Positions 13,101-27,665 of a stretch of 64,000 bases of DNA are shown here, one piece after another (the first letter of the stretch is position 1; every line of letters begins with the position of its first letter). The DNA is from the human T2T-CHM13v2.0 reference genome, Homo sapiens. The stretch lies in the NCBI RefSeq assembly GCF_009914755.1, contig NC_060937.1. One strand, given 5' to 3'. A program made the translations under genes and the position numbers. The notes under the pieces were generated by a model. That model worked only from the letters and a program-made list of their open reading frames with translations. It ran no database searches and had not been told where the DNA came from.

Positions 13101-16100
13101 GACAGACTGAGCTCCTTCTCACTGGGCCTCCAGGAACCTATGGTCACATTAGAAGTTGGAGGCCAATTGATGGACTTTATGGTAGATACTGGGGCTGAAC
13201 ACTCAGTAGTAACTCGACTCATAGGGCCTCTATCCAAGAACTATACGACTATTGTAGGGGCTACTGGAGTCTCAGAAAAGAGGCCATTCTTCCAGTCAAG
13301 GAGGTGTGTTATAGGAGGATGAAAAGTTCAGCATGAGTTCCTGTACCTCCCAAATCGTCCAATTCCCTTGTTAGAGAGAGACCTACTTCAAAAACTGCAA
13401 GCACAGATTACTTTTGGCCTGCAGGGAGATATGACTTTAAAGCTAACTCACCTGAAGGCCATGCTGTTAATCCTTACCATCCCACAGGCTGAGGAGTGGA
13501 GACTTTATAGAAAGAAACTACAGGCACCAGTGCAGCCTCGTATGCAGGATGAAGAGAAATGATTATTTCAGTTAGTTAGAGAAATTCCTAGAGTATGGGC
13601 TGAAGACAATCCACCCGGGCTAGCTGTCAATCATGCACCAGTTGTAGTAGAATTAAAACCAGGAGCAACTCCTATTCAGGTTCGTCAGTACTCAGTTCCC
13701 CAAAAGGCTGTACGAGGCATCTGTAAACACTTAGAGAGGCTCTATAAACATAGGATTTTAGTCCAATGCCAGTCACCCTGGAATACTCCACTTTTGCCAA
13801 TACGAAAGCCACTGCCAGGACCAGAGTCTGATGAGTATAGACCAGTGCAGGACTTGCGTGCCGTGAACAGGGCCATGGTAACCATCCATCCAGTGGTACC
13901 CAACCCATATACTTTAATAGGACTCATTCCAGCAAGTGCTACCTGGTTGACAGTCTTAGACTTAAAGGACACTTTCTTTTGTATCTGCTTGGCACCAGTT
14001 AGTCAGCCTATCTTTGCATTTCAATAGGACAAAGAAGCTAACACAGCTCACCTGGACTAGGGTCCCAAAAAGGTTTAAAAACTCTCCCACAATCTTTAAG
14101 GAAGCATTGGCCTCAGACCTCAAGGCCTATACCCCACCAAATGATAACTAACGGTGCCTTATTGTGGTACATGGATGACCTTCTTTTGGTGGCCCCAACC
14201 TGAGAGGACTGTTACCAAGGAACACGAGACCTCCTCCATCTCCTATGGAAAGCAGGTTACAAAGTATTGTAGGGAAAAAAAAGAGATCAGAATGTTACGG
14301 TGTCTATGTAGAAAGGGAAGACACAAGAGACTCCATTTTGAAAAAGAGCTGTACTTTAAACTATTGCTTTGCTGAGATGTTGTTAATTTGTAGCTTTGCC
14401 CCAGCCACTTTGACCCAACCTGGAGCTCACAAAAACATGTGTTGTATGAAATCAAGGTTTAAGGGATCTAGGGCTGTTCAGGATGTGCCTCGTTAACAAA
14501 ATGTTTACAGGCAGTATACTTGGTAAAGGTCATCGCCATTCTCCAGCCTCAATAAACCAGGGGCACAATGCACTGCGGAAAGCCACAGGGACCTCTGCCC
14601 TTGAAAGCGGGGTATTGTCCAAGGTTTCTCCCCATGTGATAGTCTGAAATATGGCCTCGTGGTAAGAGAAAGACCTGAGTGTCCCCCAGTCCGACACCCG
14701 TAAAGGGTCTGTGCTGAGGTGGATTAGTAATAGAGGAAAGCCTCTTGCAGTTGAGATAGAGGAAGGCCACTGTCTCCTGCCTGCCCCTGGGAACTGAATG
14801 TCTCGGTATAAAACCCGATTGTACCTTTGTTCAATTCTGAGATAGGAGAAAAACCGCCCTATGGTGGGAGGCGAGACATGTTTGCAGTAATGCTGCTTTG
14901 TTATTCTTTACTCCACTGAGATGTTTGGGTGGAGAGAAACATAAATCTGGCTTACGTGCACGTCCAGTCATAGTACATTCCCTTGAACTTAATTATGACA
15001 TAGATTCTTTTGCTCACATGTTTTTTGCTGACCTTCTCCTTATTATCACCCTGCTCTCCTACTACATTCCTTTTTGCTGAAATAATGAAAATAATAATCA
15101 ATAAAAACTGAGGGAACTCAGAGGCCGGTGCCAGTGCAGGTCCTTGGTGTGCTGAGTGCCGGTCCCCTGGGCCCACTGTTGTTTCTCTATACTTTGTCTC
15201 TGTGTCTTATTTCTTTTCTCAGTCTCTCATCCCACCCGACTAGAAATACCCACAGGTGTGGAGGGGCAGGCCACCCCTTCAAGTGTCTAAAAAGAAAGCC
15301 CAAATTTGCCATGAAGAGGTTACATATCTAGGTTTCATAGTGAGCCACGAGGAACGCCGGCTTGGCGATGAGCAAAAGCAAGCCATTTGTGCACTTCCAA
15401 CCCCAACCACCCGACATCAAATAAGAGAATTTTTAGGGGCAGCAGGATTCTGCCACATATGGATTCCAAATTTTTCACTGATGCCTAAGCCGTTATATGA
15501 AGCCACAAAAGGAGGAGAAAAAGAGCCCCTCCTTTGGAAAACTAATCAGGAAATAGCATTCAAATAGATCAAGGAAGCTTTAACTCAGGCCCCAGCCTTA
15601 GGACTACCAGATATAACTAAGCCTTTCTTTCTATAAGTTCATGAACGAAAAGGAATGGCTTTGGAGGTTCTGACTCAAGTTATAAGATTATGGCATTGCC
15701 CAGTGGCATATTTATCTAAACAACTAGACTCCGTGGCACTAGGATGGCCTCCTTGCCTTAAGGCGTTAGCCGCTACCATCTTGTTAACACAAGAAGCTAA
15801 CAGATTTACTCTGGGACAGCAGCTAACCATCTGGGAGCCACACTCAGTTATAACCTTGACAGATCAAAGAGGGCATCATTGGTTGTCAAACCCAAAAATG
15901 ACTCAGTACCAAGGGTTTCTGTGTGACAACACTTACATTATCTTAGTGAACACCTTCAACCCGGCTACTCTGCTCCCTGTCGAACCGGGAGCTCCCCTCC
16001 ATGACTGTGTCGAAACAGTAGATGAGGTATTCTCCAGTTGGAAAGATCTTACAGACGGACCCCTCAAAGACCCAGCTGTCGAGTACTTCACAGATGGAAG

Positions 16101-17690
16101 CAGTTTTGTGCTAGAAGAGGTTCGAACATGCCAGGTACGCAGTAGTAACATTAGACTCAGTAGTAGAGGCTCAGCCTCTGCCTACTAGAACACCTGCTCA
16201 AAAGGCAGAATTAATAGCCCTGACAAGAGCACCGTTGCTAGCAAAAGACAAGAAGGTTAATATTTACACTGATTCTAAATATGCTTTTACTACATTGCAC
16301 ATACATGGAGCTATAAACAAAGAGAGAGGACTTTTAACAGCTGGAGGCAAAGAAATAAAGTACAAAGAAGAAATTCTACAGCTCTTACAGGCTGCAGAGG
16401 GTCCAGAAAAAGTAGCTGTAATGCACTACAGAAGGCACCAAAAGGCAAGAATGCCAGAAGCCAAAGGAAACAGAAAGGCGGACAGAGAGGCAAAACGGGC
16501 AGCAATGATTATGCTGCATTTTAAAGAGAAAGCCGAGGAAGTCTTAGCTATGCCTCTCCTCCCAGAACCTCCTCTCCAAGAGATCCCAAGTTATACTCCA
16601 AATGAAAGAGCCTGGTTTGCCCTGCGAGCTGGAAAATATATTAAAGGAAAGTGGTAGAAATTCTCTGATAGGAGATTAGCTATTCCGGAGATGTTAGCTC
16701 CTAAGTTTGTGAAGCAAATTCATCAAGGAACTCATGTAGGAAAAACGGCACTAGAAACGCTACTAAAATGCCATTTCTATGTGCTGTGGCTCTCTGCCAT
16801 CACTCGAGCCGTTTGTGAACAATGCTTAACCTATGCTCAGAACAACCCGCGACAGGGGCCCACTCGGCCCCCAAGAATTCAGGAAGTAGGAGCCATGCCT
16901 TGTGAAAACTTGCTTATAGACTTTACTGAACTGCCCCGTGCCAGGGGCTATCGGTATAGGCTAGTGCTTATCTGCACCTTTTCAGGATGGGTTGAGGCTT
17001 TCCCCACCAGGACAGAAAAGCACGAGAAATGACTAAAGTATTGTTAAAAGACATTATCCCCAGGTTTGGACTGCTTTTAACTTTAGGATCCAACAGTGGG
17101 CCGGCATTTGTAGCTGAAATAGTGCAAGATTTAACAAGACTGTTAAAAATAAAATGGAAGTTACACACAGCTTATCGGCCGCAAAATTCAGGAAAGGTGG
17201 AACACATGAACCAGACACTCAAGCAGCTACTGAAGAAGTGTTGCCAGGAAACTCACCTGAGATGGGATCAGGTCTTGCCTATGGTCCTCCTCCGAGTCAG
17301 GTGCACCCCCGCCAAACAAACTAGGTATTTGCCCTACGAGATTTTGTTCAGTCAGCCACCCCCAATCATAAGTCAAATTGAAAGTGATCACTTTTAATCA
17401 CTAGAGGAATTGACTTTAAGAAAGCGAACGCAGGCTTTAGGAATAGCCATGCAAAATGTCCATAGTTGGGTACATGAAAGAATGCCTACAAGTCTGACAG
17501 ACCCAGTACACACTTTTAAACCTGGAGACTTTGTCTGGGTTAAGAAGTGGAATCCAACTTCTCTAGGACCCATATAGGATGGGCCCTATACTGCAATCTT
17601 GTCCACTCCCACTGCTGTTAAAGTCGCAGGTGTTGTGCCTTGGATCCACCACAGTCGGCTGAAACCGGCAGCTCAGGACAAGTAGACCAG
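13101..17690 (+). pseudogene. ERV pro-pol (PR, RT, RNase H, IN), disrupted and split by LTR5
   Basis: Protease VDTGA; RT YRPVQDLR and YMDD (14168-14179); RNase H YFTDGS; integrase HQGTH..CEQC, IDFT and SGWVEAFP; GPY motif at ~17581. Confidence 0.92.
14268..15281 (+). mobile_element. HERV-K(HML-2) solo LTR5 (older LTR5A/B type)
   Basis: 1014 bp from tgtagggaaaa...gagatcag to ...ggccaccccttca, with tataaaa and aataaa. 5-bp TSD agtat/agtgt. Removing it restores RT GYKVSKKKAQIC. Confidence 0.93.
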
Positions 17691-18005
17691 CCAGCAGGAC
17701 CCAGATCATCCAGCCTGGCTGATCCTGAGACGAGACCAAGCTGCTGCTGAAGACAACAGCCCTGCTCTGGTCACTCTGGAAGCTGACCAGTCTACACATG
17801 GCTGCAGCTTGAGGAGACAACAAGCCCTGCTCTAGTCCCACAGCAGAAGCTGACTAGTCTACTCACGGCCGAAGCTTGAGGGCTCATCAAGCAAGTAAAT
17901 GTAGTTAGAAATCTTAAGACTAGTAGATTTCCTTGTAATATTGTTTTTCTATTGTTCTGTCGCTGTACTCAACCTCTTCCCCCGGGTAAGGACTTCTTCT
18001 GCCCT

Positions 18006-18247
18006 TGCTAGGTATGGATAGCTGTACATTGCTTTGCTGTTGTTACCCCCTTCAACCTTGCTAAAAAGAAGTACCCATAGAAGGGTGTCCCCACTGTACA
18101 CATACTACATGGTCAAGGAACAGTATAACTAGAACTCTATTGTACCAGACCTATTATGAGTGTACTGGAACCCACCTAGGAACTTGTACTTACAATCAGA
18201 CCATCTATTCAGTCTGTGACCCAGAGGATGGCCAGCCTTATATATGG
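18006..18247 (+). pseudogene. ERV3-like env N-terminal fragment
   Basis: From 18080 it reads [54 protein letters not shown]. This contains a CXXC motif and closely resembles the ERV3-1 Env N-terminus. Confidence 0.85.
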
Positions 18248-18249
18248 AA

Positions 18250-18700
18250 ATGAAAACACAAAAATGGGTACACGAATGTTCATTGCAGGATTATTTATAA
18301 TAGACAAACAATGAACACCCCAAATGTCTATCAGCTGATAAATGGATAAAGAAAATGTGGTATATTCATAAAATGGAATATGATTTAGCATAAAAGGAAC
18401 AAAAATACTGATACATACTACAACACGGATGAACCTCAAAACATTCTGCTGAGTGTATGAAGTCAGACACAAAAGGCTGCACATTGTATGGGCCCATTTA
18501 TCTCAATGTCCAGGATAGGCAAATCCATAGAGACAGAAAGGAGATTAATGACTGTCAGGGGCTACCGGATGGGGAAGGGGGAATAACTCTTATTAGGTAC
18601 AGTTTTCTTTCGAGAGCTGAAAATATTTTGCAATTAGGTAGTGGTGAGAGTTGCGCAACTTTGCAGCTATACTAAAGATGACTGAATTGTGTACTATAAA
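18250..18700 (+). mobile_element. Old L1M 3' fragment
   Basis: gaatgttcattgcagg...aaatgtctatcagctgataaatggataaagaaaatgtggtatattcata. Confidence 0.75.
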
Positions 18701-19478
18701 AGTTGAATTTTCAACTTTTTCATATAAAATCTACGATTTAGAAAGGTTGCACTGGAGGTTCTCAGCAAATCATAAGCAGAGCATGAGGGATTTTCACCCA
18801 AGGGAGCACATCACACAACCATCACCTCAATAAAAACTAGAACATTCCCAGAGCCCCAGAGGCACCCCTGGTACCCCCTCCCAGTCACTACTCTCACCCA
18901 AAGGGTAACAAAAGATGAGTTTGGGTGGTTTCTGAACTTCGTGAAATCACATGGAACATACTGTCTTTACGCCTGGCTTCTTTCATCCAACATGGTGCTA
19001 TGAGATTCGTGCATATGGTTGTGTGTGCGTAGAGCATGCTCATCCCATTGTGGGACAGAATTCCATTTTGAGTTCCATTCTGTTCCATGCCACACTTTAC
19101 TTGCTTATTCTACTACAGATGGACTTTTTGGTTTGTTTCTAGCTTTTGGCCATTAGCGTCACAAACATTTTTGTGCATGTCTTTTGACATACATATGTAC
19201 AATATTCCTCTCGCATGTATTCTGCAGATTGCTGGGTTGTAAGATATGTGGACAATCAGGTTTAGTGTACAATGCCAAATAGCTTTCCTAAGTGTCTATA
19301 CCAGTTTATACTCCCAACTTCAAAATATCAGAGTTCCAGGGGAATGCTTTAAAGCCAAAGTGTAAAAAATATGTGGTCCTCATTATGTCAAGAAAGGCAG
19401 GACTGTGGCCATATGTTTTATAAATGAAAATAAATGAAGGAAGAGAGAAGACATAATCACCTGGAGAAATGCAGACGG

Positions 19479-19840
19479 TGTATTAGTCCGTTTGCAACAC
19501 TGCTGTAAAGAAATACCCAAGACTGGGTAATTTATAAAGGAAAGAGGTTCAATTGACTTACAGTTCCACATGGCTGGGGAGCCTCAGGAAACTTACAATC
19601 ATGGCTGAAGGCGAAGGGGGAGCAAGTACCTTCTTCACATGGTAGCAAGAGAGAGAGAGAGAGCAGGGGAAACTGCCACTTATAAAACCATCAGATCTTG
19701 TGAGAATTCATATGACAAGAACAGCATGGGAGAAACCATCCCCATGATCCAATCACCTCCCACCAGCTCCCTCCCTCGAGATGTGGGGATTACAGTTCGA
19801 GATGAGATTTGGGTGGGGACAAAGAGTCAAACCACAGCAG
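19479..19840 (-). mobile_element. MST/THE1-type MaLR LTR
   Basis: tgtattagtccgttt...ctgggtaatttataaaggaaagagg...gatgagatttgggtggggaca. Confidence 0.85.
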
Positions 19841-22800
19841 ACAGAGAGCACCAGCTGCAGGGGCCGCATGGCCCACACCTGCATCCTTGCGGCCTCTGCA
19901 ATGTATGGTCTCATTGTGAAGGCAGACTTCCAGCTGCTTCTCCTGCCATGAAATTTTCTTGTGTTAACTGTGTCGCCAGATAGAGTTCATCTTCTGTGGA
20001 ATACTCTTGCTGTGTTCAATTAGTCCCCAGGTGTCCAGCTCTTATTTTGGTTTCAGCCCCGTGATAGGAACTGTGAGTGATCCAGGAGGCCGTCAGATGA
20101 TGTCTGCATCCAGGGCTCCAGTGGCAAGCACTGGACAGCAGAGCTGGCAGAGATTAAACAAGTATCTGTGCACTGATATCTACCGATCTCACATGTCCCA
20201 CGTTTCTCAGACTATAAGATGGAGAACAGGCAATAAAATGTCCCACCAAACTCAGGATGAAAACAGTAGGCTAGATTCATAGGCAGAGGAACAACCTTTA
20301 TCAATGTGCTCTGATCCTGTCTTTGAAAATTTCCTGGGAAGGAGATGTCTTCCTTCTTTCTTCTTTTGTTTCTCCCCCAGCCCAGTGCAAAGCTGAAAAA
20401 GATGTCTTTCTAATGTCTCTGCACCAACATTGGGTCATGGTTGGTTGAGAGTCCACCTGTGCCTGGTGCCACGACAAGTGGTTTCATGGACACTGTCACA
20501 CAATCTGCCTGAGGCAGGAGTTCTCCTCTCCATCCTATAGGTGAGGGGACAGAGGACAACTATTAGGACAACCCATTGAGATTCCTCAAACGAGGACACT
20601 TGAACACACACTTCCAGCTCTATTAAGGGGAAATCTACACACAATAAAGTTCATCCATTATTCATGTATAGTATGATGAGTTTTAGGGAATTTGAGCCTA
20701 GGCCTTCAGGATAACCATCCCAAAACCCTGTGCACTACTAAACATCGATTTCAGCCATTTCTAGGCAGAGAGGACCTTGGCAGTTGCATCTTGGATAAGT
20801 AACTGACCTTGGGATAGTCGGGACTCCAAATGAAATACTGGAAATGTGAAGTTTTCTCGAGGCCATCAGACATCTCAAAATGTAGGCACCGTTAATTACG
20901 ATAATTGAACTAGGACCTTCTCACTTTTAAGACAGAATCATGTGGTTCAGGAACCCAGTGAATCCCCTGCATTCCACAGCCTCCAATTCCATTTTGCTTG
21001 TCATTGAAGACTTCTGTTCCAACACTTACAGGTTTGCTACATTTCTCGTGCGTAGCATTTTGGCAGCCTGATCCAAGACCTTTTGGTGGCATATTTGAGA
21101 AATGTAAAATATTTTAACTGGAAAACTTAGGCCTCAGGTTTCAATTTCAACACAATGCAGAACTATTTCTTCACCTGACATTCACTTTGCATAATGAGAA
21201 ATCTCTAGAACCCTAATGGGCACACAGAAGGATCAGTTCATCTGGAAATAACAAACCCCCTGTTCTAGGAGTTTCACTTGTTGACTGGCCATAATGTCTT
21301 TTGGGCTGTCGATTATAACTAAAAAACTTCTTGAAATGGTGCAGCTGAAATGACTTACCTACATGGTGAGTCTAGCCCTCAGCCTCTTCACATCCCCACC
21401 TCTGCTGGCTACTCCAGTTATTTTGCAGAACTCAGAGCTGGTCATATCTCCCTCTCTTCCCATCCCACCGCCATGACAACACCTTCAGGAAATTCTCCCA
21501 GGCCACAGGTATAAATCCCAAACTCTGAAGGTTGCACATAACACACTTCACTTGGCAATGCCAGCTTGGTTTCCAACACCTGTTCTTGTCATCTCAGACT
21601 CTGAGCATGACGCCCCCTCCAAATAACCAGGTTTTTTTAATATCTCAGAACTATGCACAGGCTGCAACGTCTGCCAAAAACACTCTCCCCTATTTTGAAG
21701 TGTCTGTCTTTGTTAAGTCTGACTCTTCCTGGTGCAGTGTACATTGCTCTGGTACAGACACTGATGTCATAGTATTGTCATGAGGGGTCCCCACAGCGCA
21801 GGACAGGACATGGTCCATAGTGGGTGGCCAGCATATGTGACCGTAAGAGGCAGGAGGACTTGGGGTGATTCCCGAGGCAATCGCGCTAGTGGCCGTGCTA
21901 GTGTGGGTGGTTCCATTTCACTATGACTTGGGCCGTTTCCTTCTCCTGGTTTCCCTGTTTGCTTTGAGAGAGGGTGGTGGGAAGGGAGGACTGCCAGGTG
22001 GAATGAATTGGATTTAGGAGCGGTGGCTCTGGCCTTGAGCATAGCATTATACTTTTCCAAATGTCTGATAATAATAAAAACAGTTACTGAAACACGGTCA
22101 GCTCCTGCTCATTAACAAGACGGCATGTTTCACAGCTGCCTGGGCAATCATGTGCCACTCAAATAGAATGATTTAATGTGAAATGAGCTTACTTTCAAAG
22201 TCACAAATTCATTGTTTAGGAAGGCCCAGACTCTTGCCAGAGTTTTTACTGGGTTATCTATTATTCATTCAAGACCAAGTAAACAGAAAGTTGGACGCAG
22301 GGCCACATGCTGGGATGGCGCAGCCCAAAAGCCAGGAGGTTCTGCCCAGTAGGAATAACCGTTCAACAGAGTCCCAGATGTCAAGCAGCCAGGTGCAGGG
22401 CTTCCAGCGGGGAAGGAAGCCTCCAAGCACAAAGGTCAGGTGGGTAAGAACCCAGCTGGGAGGGGGAGCATAGGGCCCCGGAGCTGTCCAAGTCACCCTA
22501 GAGCTGCAGGGAAGAGGTTGGGGTGGAGGCTGGGGCCGGAAGGGATGGGCATCAAGAGGTGAGGAAGCTAAGAATGTAGCTGAAATTGTTGCACATTGTT
22601 TAAGGTTGTTAATATGGAATCTGCTTTTTTCAAAATAATCAAGAGACCACATGGTTATCTTCACCTCTCAGGGTCTTGCTCTGTCACCCAGACTGTAGTG
22701 CAGTGGCATGATCACGGCTCACTGCGGGCTTGAGCTCCTGGGCTCTTCACAGGAGCTCAAGAAATACTTGTTGAATGGCTAAATCATCTCACTCTTCACA

Positions 22801-24319
22801 GGAAAGTAAACTCATAAGTAGATGCTCTTTCTAGCCTCCATTTCCTAGGGGGAGATAAGCTCACGGCTCCAAGGCATTACTCTCCACATATGCAGAGCCA
22901 GAACTCCAGGCCAGCCCCTCAGCTGCAGAGGCTGTGTGTGTCCTCCCTGGCTGTCCAGCTGCTCAGGGACGTTTTGCCCATACTTTTGTGTCTGACAGGG
23001 ATGAGGTGAAGCAGGGCTGCCTCAACCCTTGGGAAGATGCGGAGTTTAAGGAGCAGCTGTCCTCCTTAGTTGAGAGATTCAGAGCCTGGGACTCCAGGCT
23101 GGAGAGCAGGCAGGCGACAGGCATGTTCTGCTGGGCCCTTTGGCTGGGGACTGGGGTCCATCCTGGAAGGAACCAGACCTGTAGAGGTGAGTGCTGGGCG
23201 GTGGTGCCGGGCGGTGGTGCAGCGCCCCTGGTGGGCTTGTTTGACGGAATTGCCCTTGGAGGTGCCACCCCTTGGTTGTCTTTGAGCATAACGTCTACTG
23301 GAAGCCTGTTGAGGTCACCCTTCTCCCAGGGCCCTAAGGAGATGCTCACGTCCTGTCCTAGTTTCAGGGCCACTTAGGTTTTCCTCATCTATTGAAAACT
23401 GCATTTCTTTTTCCACTGGCAACTGACAGCCCACCGGCGTCCCTTTCCTGCAACAGACGTCTAGGTCTGGAATCACAGGAGTCTCTGGCTTAGCCCCGCT
23501 CTTGTCTCTGTTTTCTGTTCCTGGATGGTTTTATTTCTTCCCTCCATCCACTTTCCACCTGAGAGCTGGCCTGGTATTATTTATGGAGCAATGTGAAATG
23601 AGTTCAAAAATCAGTGAGTTTAAAAATGGGAGGCCTCATGTTCATTAGGAAAGGTCTCTCCTTTCTTTCTTTGTCATTTCTTTCACATCCCATGGGGCTT
23701 CTGCAGTTGGTCCTGAACCAGGGAGCACTGGTCTGGAGGACTGAGAGTGCCCTGACCCTTCCAGGACCTCGCCCCTGGAGCCTGCCCCTCCCGTGAGGGT
23801 GATGGCTGAGAGGGGCTGAGGAAGAACCAGATGACAGGCAAGGGCTGCCCGGGCCGAGAAGGGCTGAGGAGGAACAGGCCACAGGTTGGGTGTGTGGTCA
23901 ACATGGGAGCCAGCACTGAGCTGCCCCGCAGCTCCCAGGGGAAGTGGCCACCAGCCCTGGACTTCTGCCAAGGAGTCTCCCGGAAGGACAGCAGGGCGGG
24001 TGGGCGGTCAGGGTCAGGTCCACGCTTGTGCTGGTCCGTCCTGGAGCTCGCCATCCCGGGAGGGGTGCGCCACCGTGGGTGCAGGGGCATGTCCAGGCCC
24101 CAGCTGGTGACTTCCAGACAAAAAATGCCCAAGCAACTCTGAGGCCTGAGGGCAGCCTACGGGGAGCGGCCACCCGCTGAGTGTGGGAGCAACCACCGTG
24201 GGGTCGCAATTTAGGGGGCTTCGTTCTCCCGGACGCCAGATTCTGCGACCTGAGAGTCTCGTGGTGGGGCTGGCCTGCCTTGAATGTGTGTGCATCCGAT
24301 ATTGAAAAAATGGATGGAG

Positions 24320-24697
<378 letters not shown>

Positions 24698-25319
24698 TCA
24701 GACGTGCCTGCTCCCCACACAGCCGGCTTGGGAGCCAGGTGGCCATTTTCCCATGTGAAGGAGAATATTTCCCTCCTCATTCAGGGCATCTGGGGTTGGG
24801 GGCCAGGACCTCCTCTGTCCCTGCTTCTCCTACGTCCATCTGTCCAATGGATGCCAAGCTTCGACTGGTTGCCAGGCATGGGGCTGGGCCCCAGGAGAAC
24901 CAGAGCGAGGACGAGACCTCTTCTCCATCCTGGTGAAGCTCTGTTCCTGGGCGGGTTAGTCAGGTACTCAGGACACCACAGAGGGCAGTGGGTGGAGGGC
25001 TTCAAAGTCATGCCCTCTGTAACTGGCCAGCAAGTGTTGCCACCAAGAGCCGTAAGGGGGCTTCAAAACGCTGGCACCTGCTACTGAAAGGTTTGTGGAA
25101 TCTTCTTGAGATTAAAAAAGAAAATGCTGCTGGCCTCTGTCTCTACACATTCTCTAGTGACTCTGTGTCTTCATCAGGGCAAATCATTCCTTGCAATAAA
25201 TATCTTGAAGGTGTTCAATGAGCTGGCTAGTTAGAGCTTCTCTGGAGCCCTGTATTCGAGTGGGACACTTGACTTTTGCTGTCAGGCCCCTCTTGGCATT
25301 GGGGTCACAGGGAGCAGTG

Positions 25320-25700
25320 ATTCTCACACCCTACTGTGCAGAGGAATCCCCTGGGGCTTGTTGGAATGCAGACTTGCGCTCGGTGGCTCTGGGTGTGGAC
25401 GAGGACCCTCTGCCTGCAAGCTCCCAAGTACTTGTCTGCTGGGCTGCAGGTCACCCCTTGACCAACAAGAGCTTAGACGGAGGCTTCTCCGCCGTGGCTG
25501 TACTGCCATCCTGGACGATCTCTGTCTGTTGTGGGGGCTGTCCCGTGCACTGTGACATGTTCAGCAGCATCCCAGCCCTCCACCCACGGGATTACAGTAG
25601 CACCCCCACCCTCAACCATGACAACCAAAAATGTCCGCAGACGTTTTCGTTTGCATCCCCTGGTGGACTGGGGCATGGGGGCGGTGTGTTGAGAACCACC
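25320..25700. mobile_element. MER5 and MER20-like DNA transposon fragments
   Basis: MER20 text tgtgggggctgtcccgtgcactgtgacatgttcagcagcatccc...gacaaccaaaaatgtc...gttgagaaccac, preceded by MER5-like sequence. Confidence 0.65.
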
Positions 25701-26372
25701 GATTAGGAGACTTTCAAAGACTCTCCCAAATCCAGTTTTTTTGTGATCAAAAGTCCACATCAAATCCTCTTAGTTGGAAAACACGCATCACTCTAAGGCT
25801 GAAAAAGATGACTCCACAGCTGAGCTCTAAATGTCCTCTTAAAAATATAAAATCCCAGATCAACCTGTCTTCACAACGGCCGCATGTAGCAGCCCCTCCA
25901 CAAAGGCTGGGTACAGTGGCATTTGCACCCTCTAAGGGACCCTGGAGTGCGGCCTGACTGAGAGAGTGGATGGGGAGGGGATGCCGGGTCTCTGGCTCAG
26001 GTGTTGCATGGTGGGAGCCCACCAGGTAGAACAAGTATCCTCCACCCAGCTCAGCTCCGGAGCCTTCCTCGAAAGGCAAGAGGTCAATTCATCTTCTGCC
26101 TCAGCAGAATCGTCCCTTCCTTTACAAGGGGACTTTGCTCCATGATCTGACAGACCTGGGAAGTGTGTGGAGGTTTTACACGATGACTCAGTGCACATCA
26201 GAGTCAGAGACAGGACGGCCGAACACTGATTCCAGAGATAGGCATGTGGGCCCCGCCCGGGAAGGAGAGCTGCCTGGGAGATGGGGAGCTGCAGAGAGCA
26301 CCCAGAGGGGTAAATTTGCACAAGGCCACTGCGTACACTGGTACGTGCTTCCTTGAAAATGTGACATTTTCA

Positions 26373-26710
<338 letters not shown>

Positions 26711-26998
26711 TCATTGCTCTGAAAGAAAAGCGAGACTGTTTCAACAGTTGGGTAAATTACTGTGCTTCCAGTAACAAAGACAGGTTTTCAGATGCAAAGT
26801 GACATGTACAACTACTGTGGAGAAATGTCCATCAGACGGAGTGCTAAGTGGGGACAGTGTGCCACCACTGAGCCAAGAATGGAGGAGATGAATGTGTGTG
26901 TGATATGGAAAATAAATGGAAGGAGAAGTCAAAACCTTTCAAATTTGTTTTATATAAGGAGTAGAGAAGAATAATGAAAACAAGCACAAAAGTTAGAC

Positions 26999-27665
<667 letters not shown>

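Larger units (their letters stand above)
9787..18247 (+). mobile_element. Defective HERV3/ERV3 (HERV-R family) provirus: 5' LTR, PBS, gag-pro-pol and the start of env; 3' end missing
   Basis: TG...CA LTR at 9787-10647, Arg PBS, gammaretroviral gag/pol motifs, and an env N-terminus resembling ERV3-1. All frames carry stops and frameshifts. Confidence 0.9.

Noticed and set aside
11423-18247. Domesticated or intact retroviral gene (such as an ERV3-like Env)
   Set aside because: The gag start is mutated, there are many stops and frameshifts, LTR5 interrupts RT, and env is frameshifted in its signal region and cut off after about 80 codons.
23220-23236. CTCF-like cagcgcccctggtgg
   Set aside because: One G short in the core (CCACCAGGGGCGC), so too weak to call without ChIP data.
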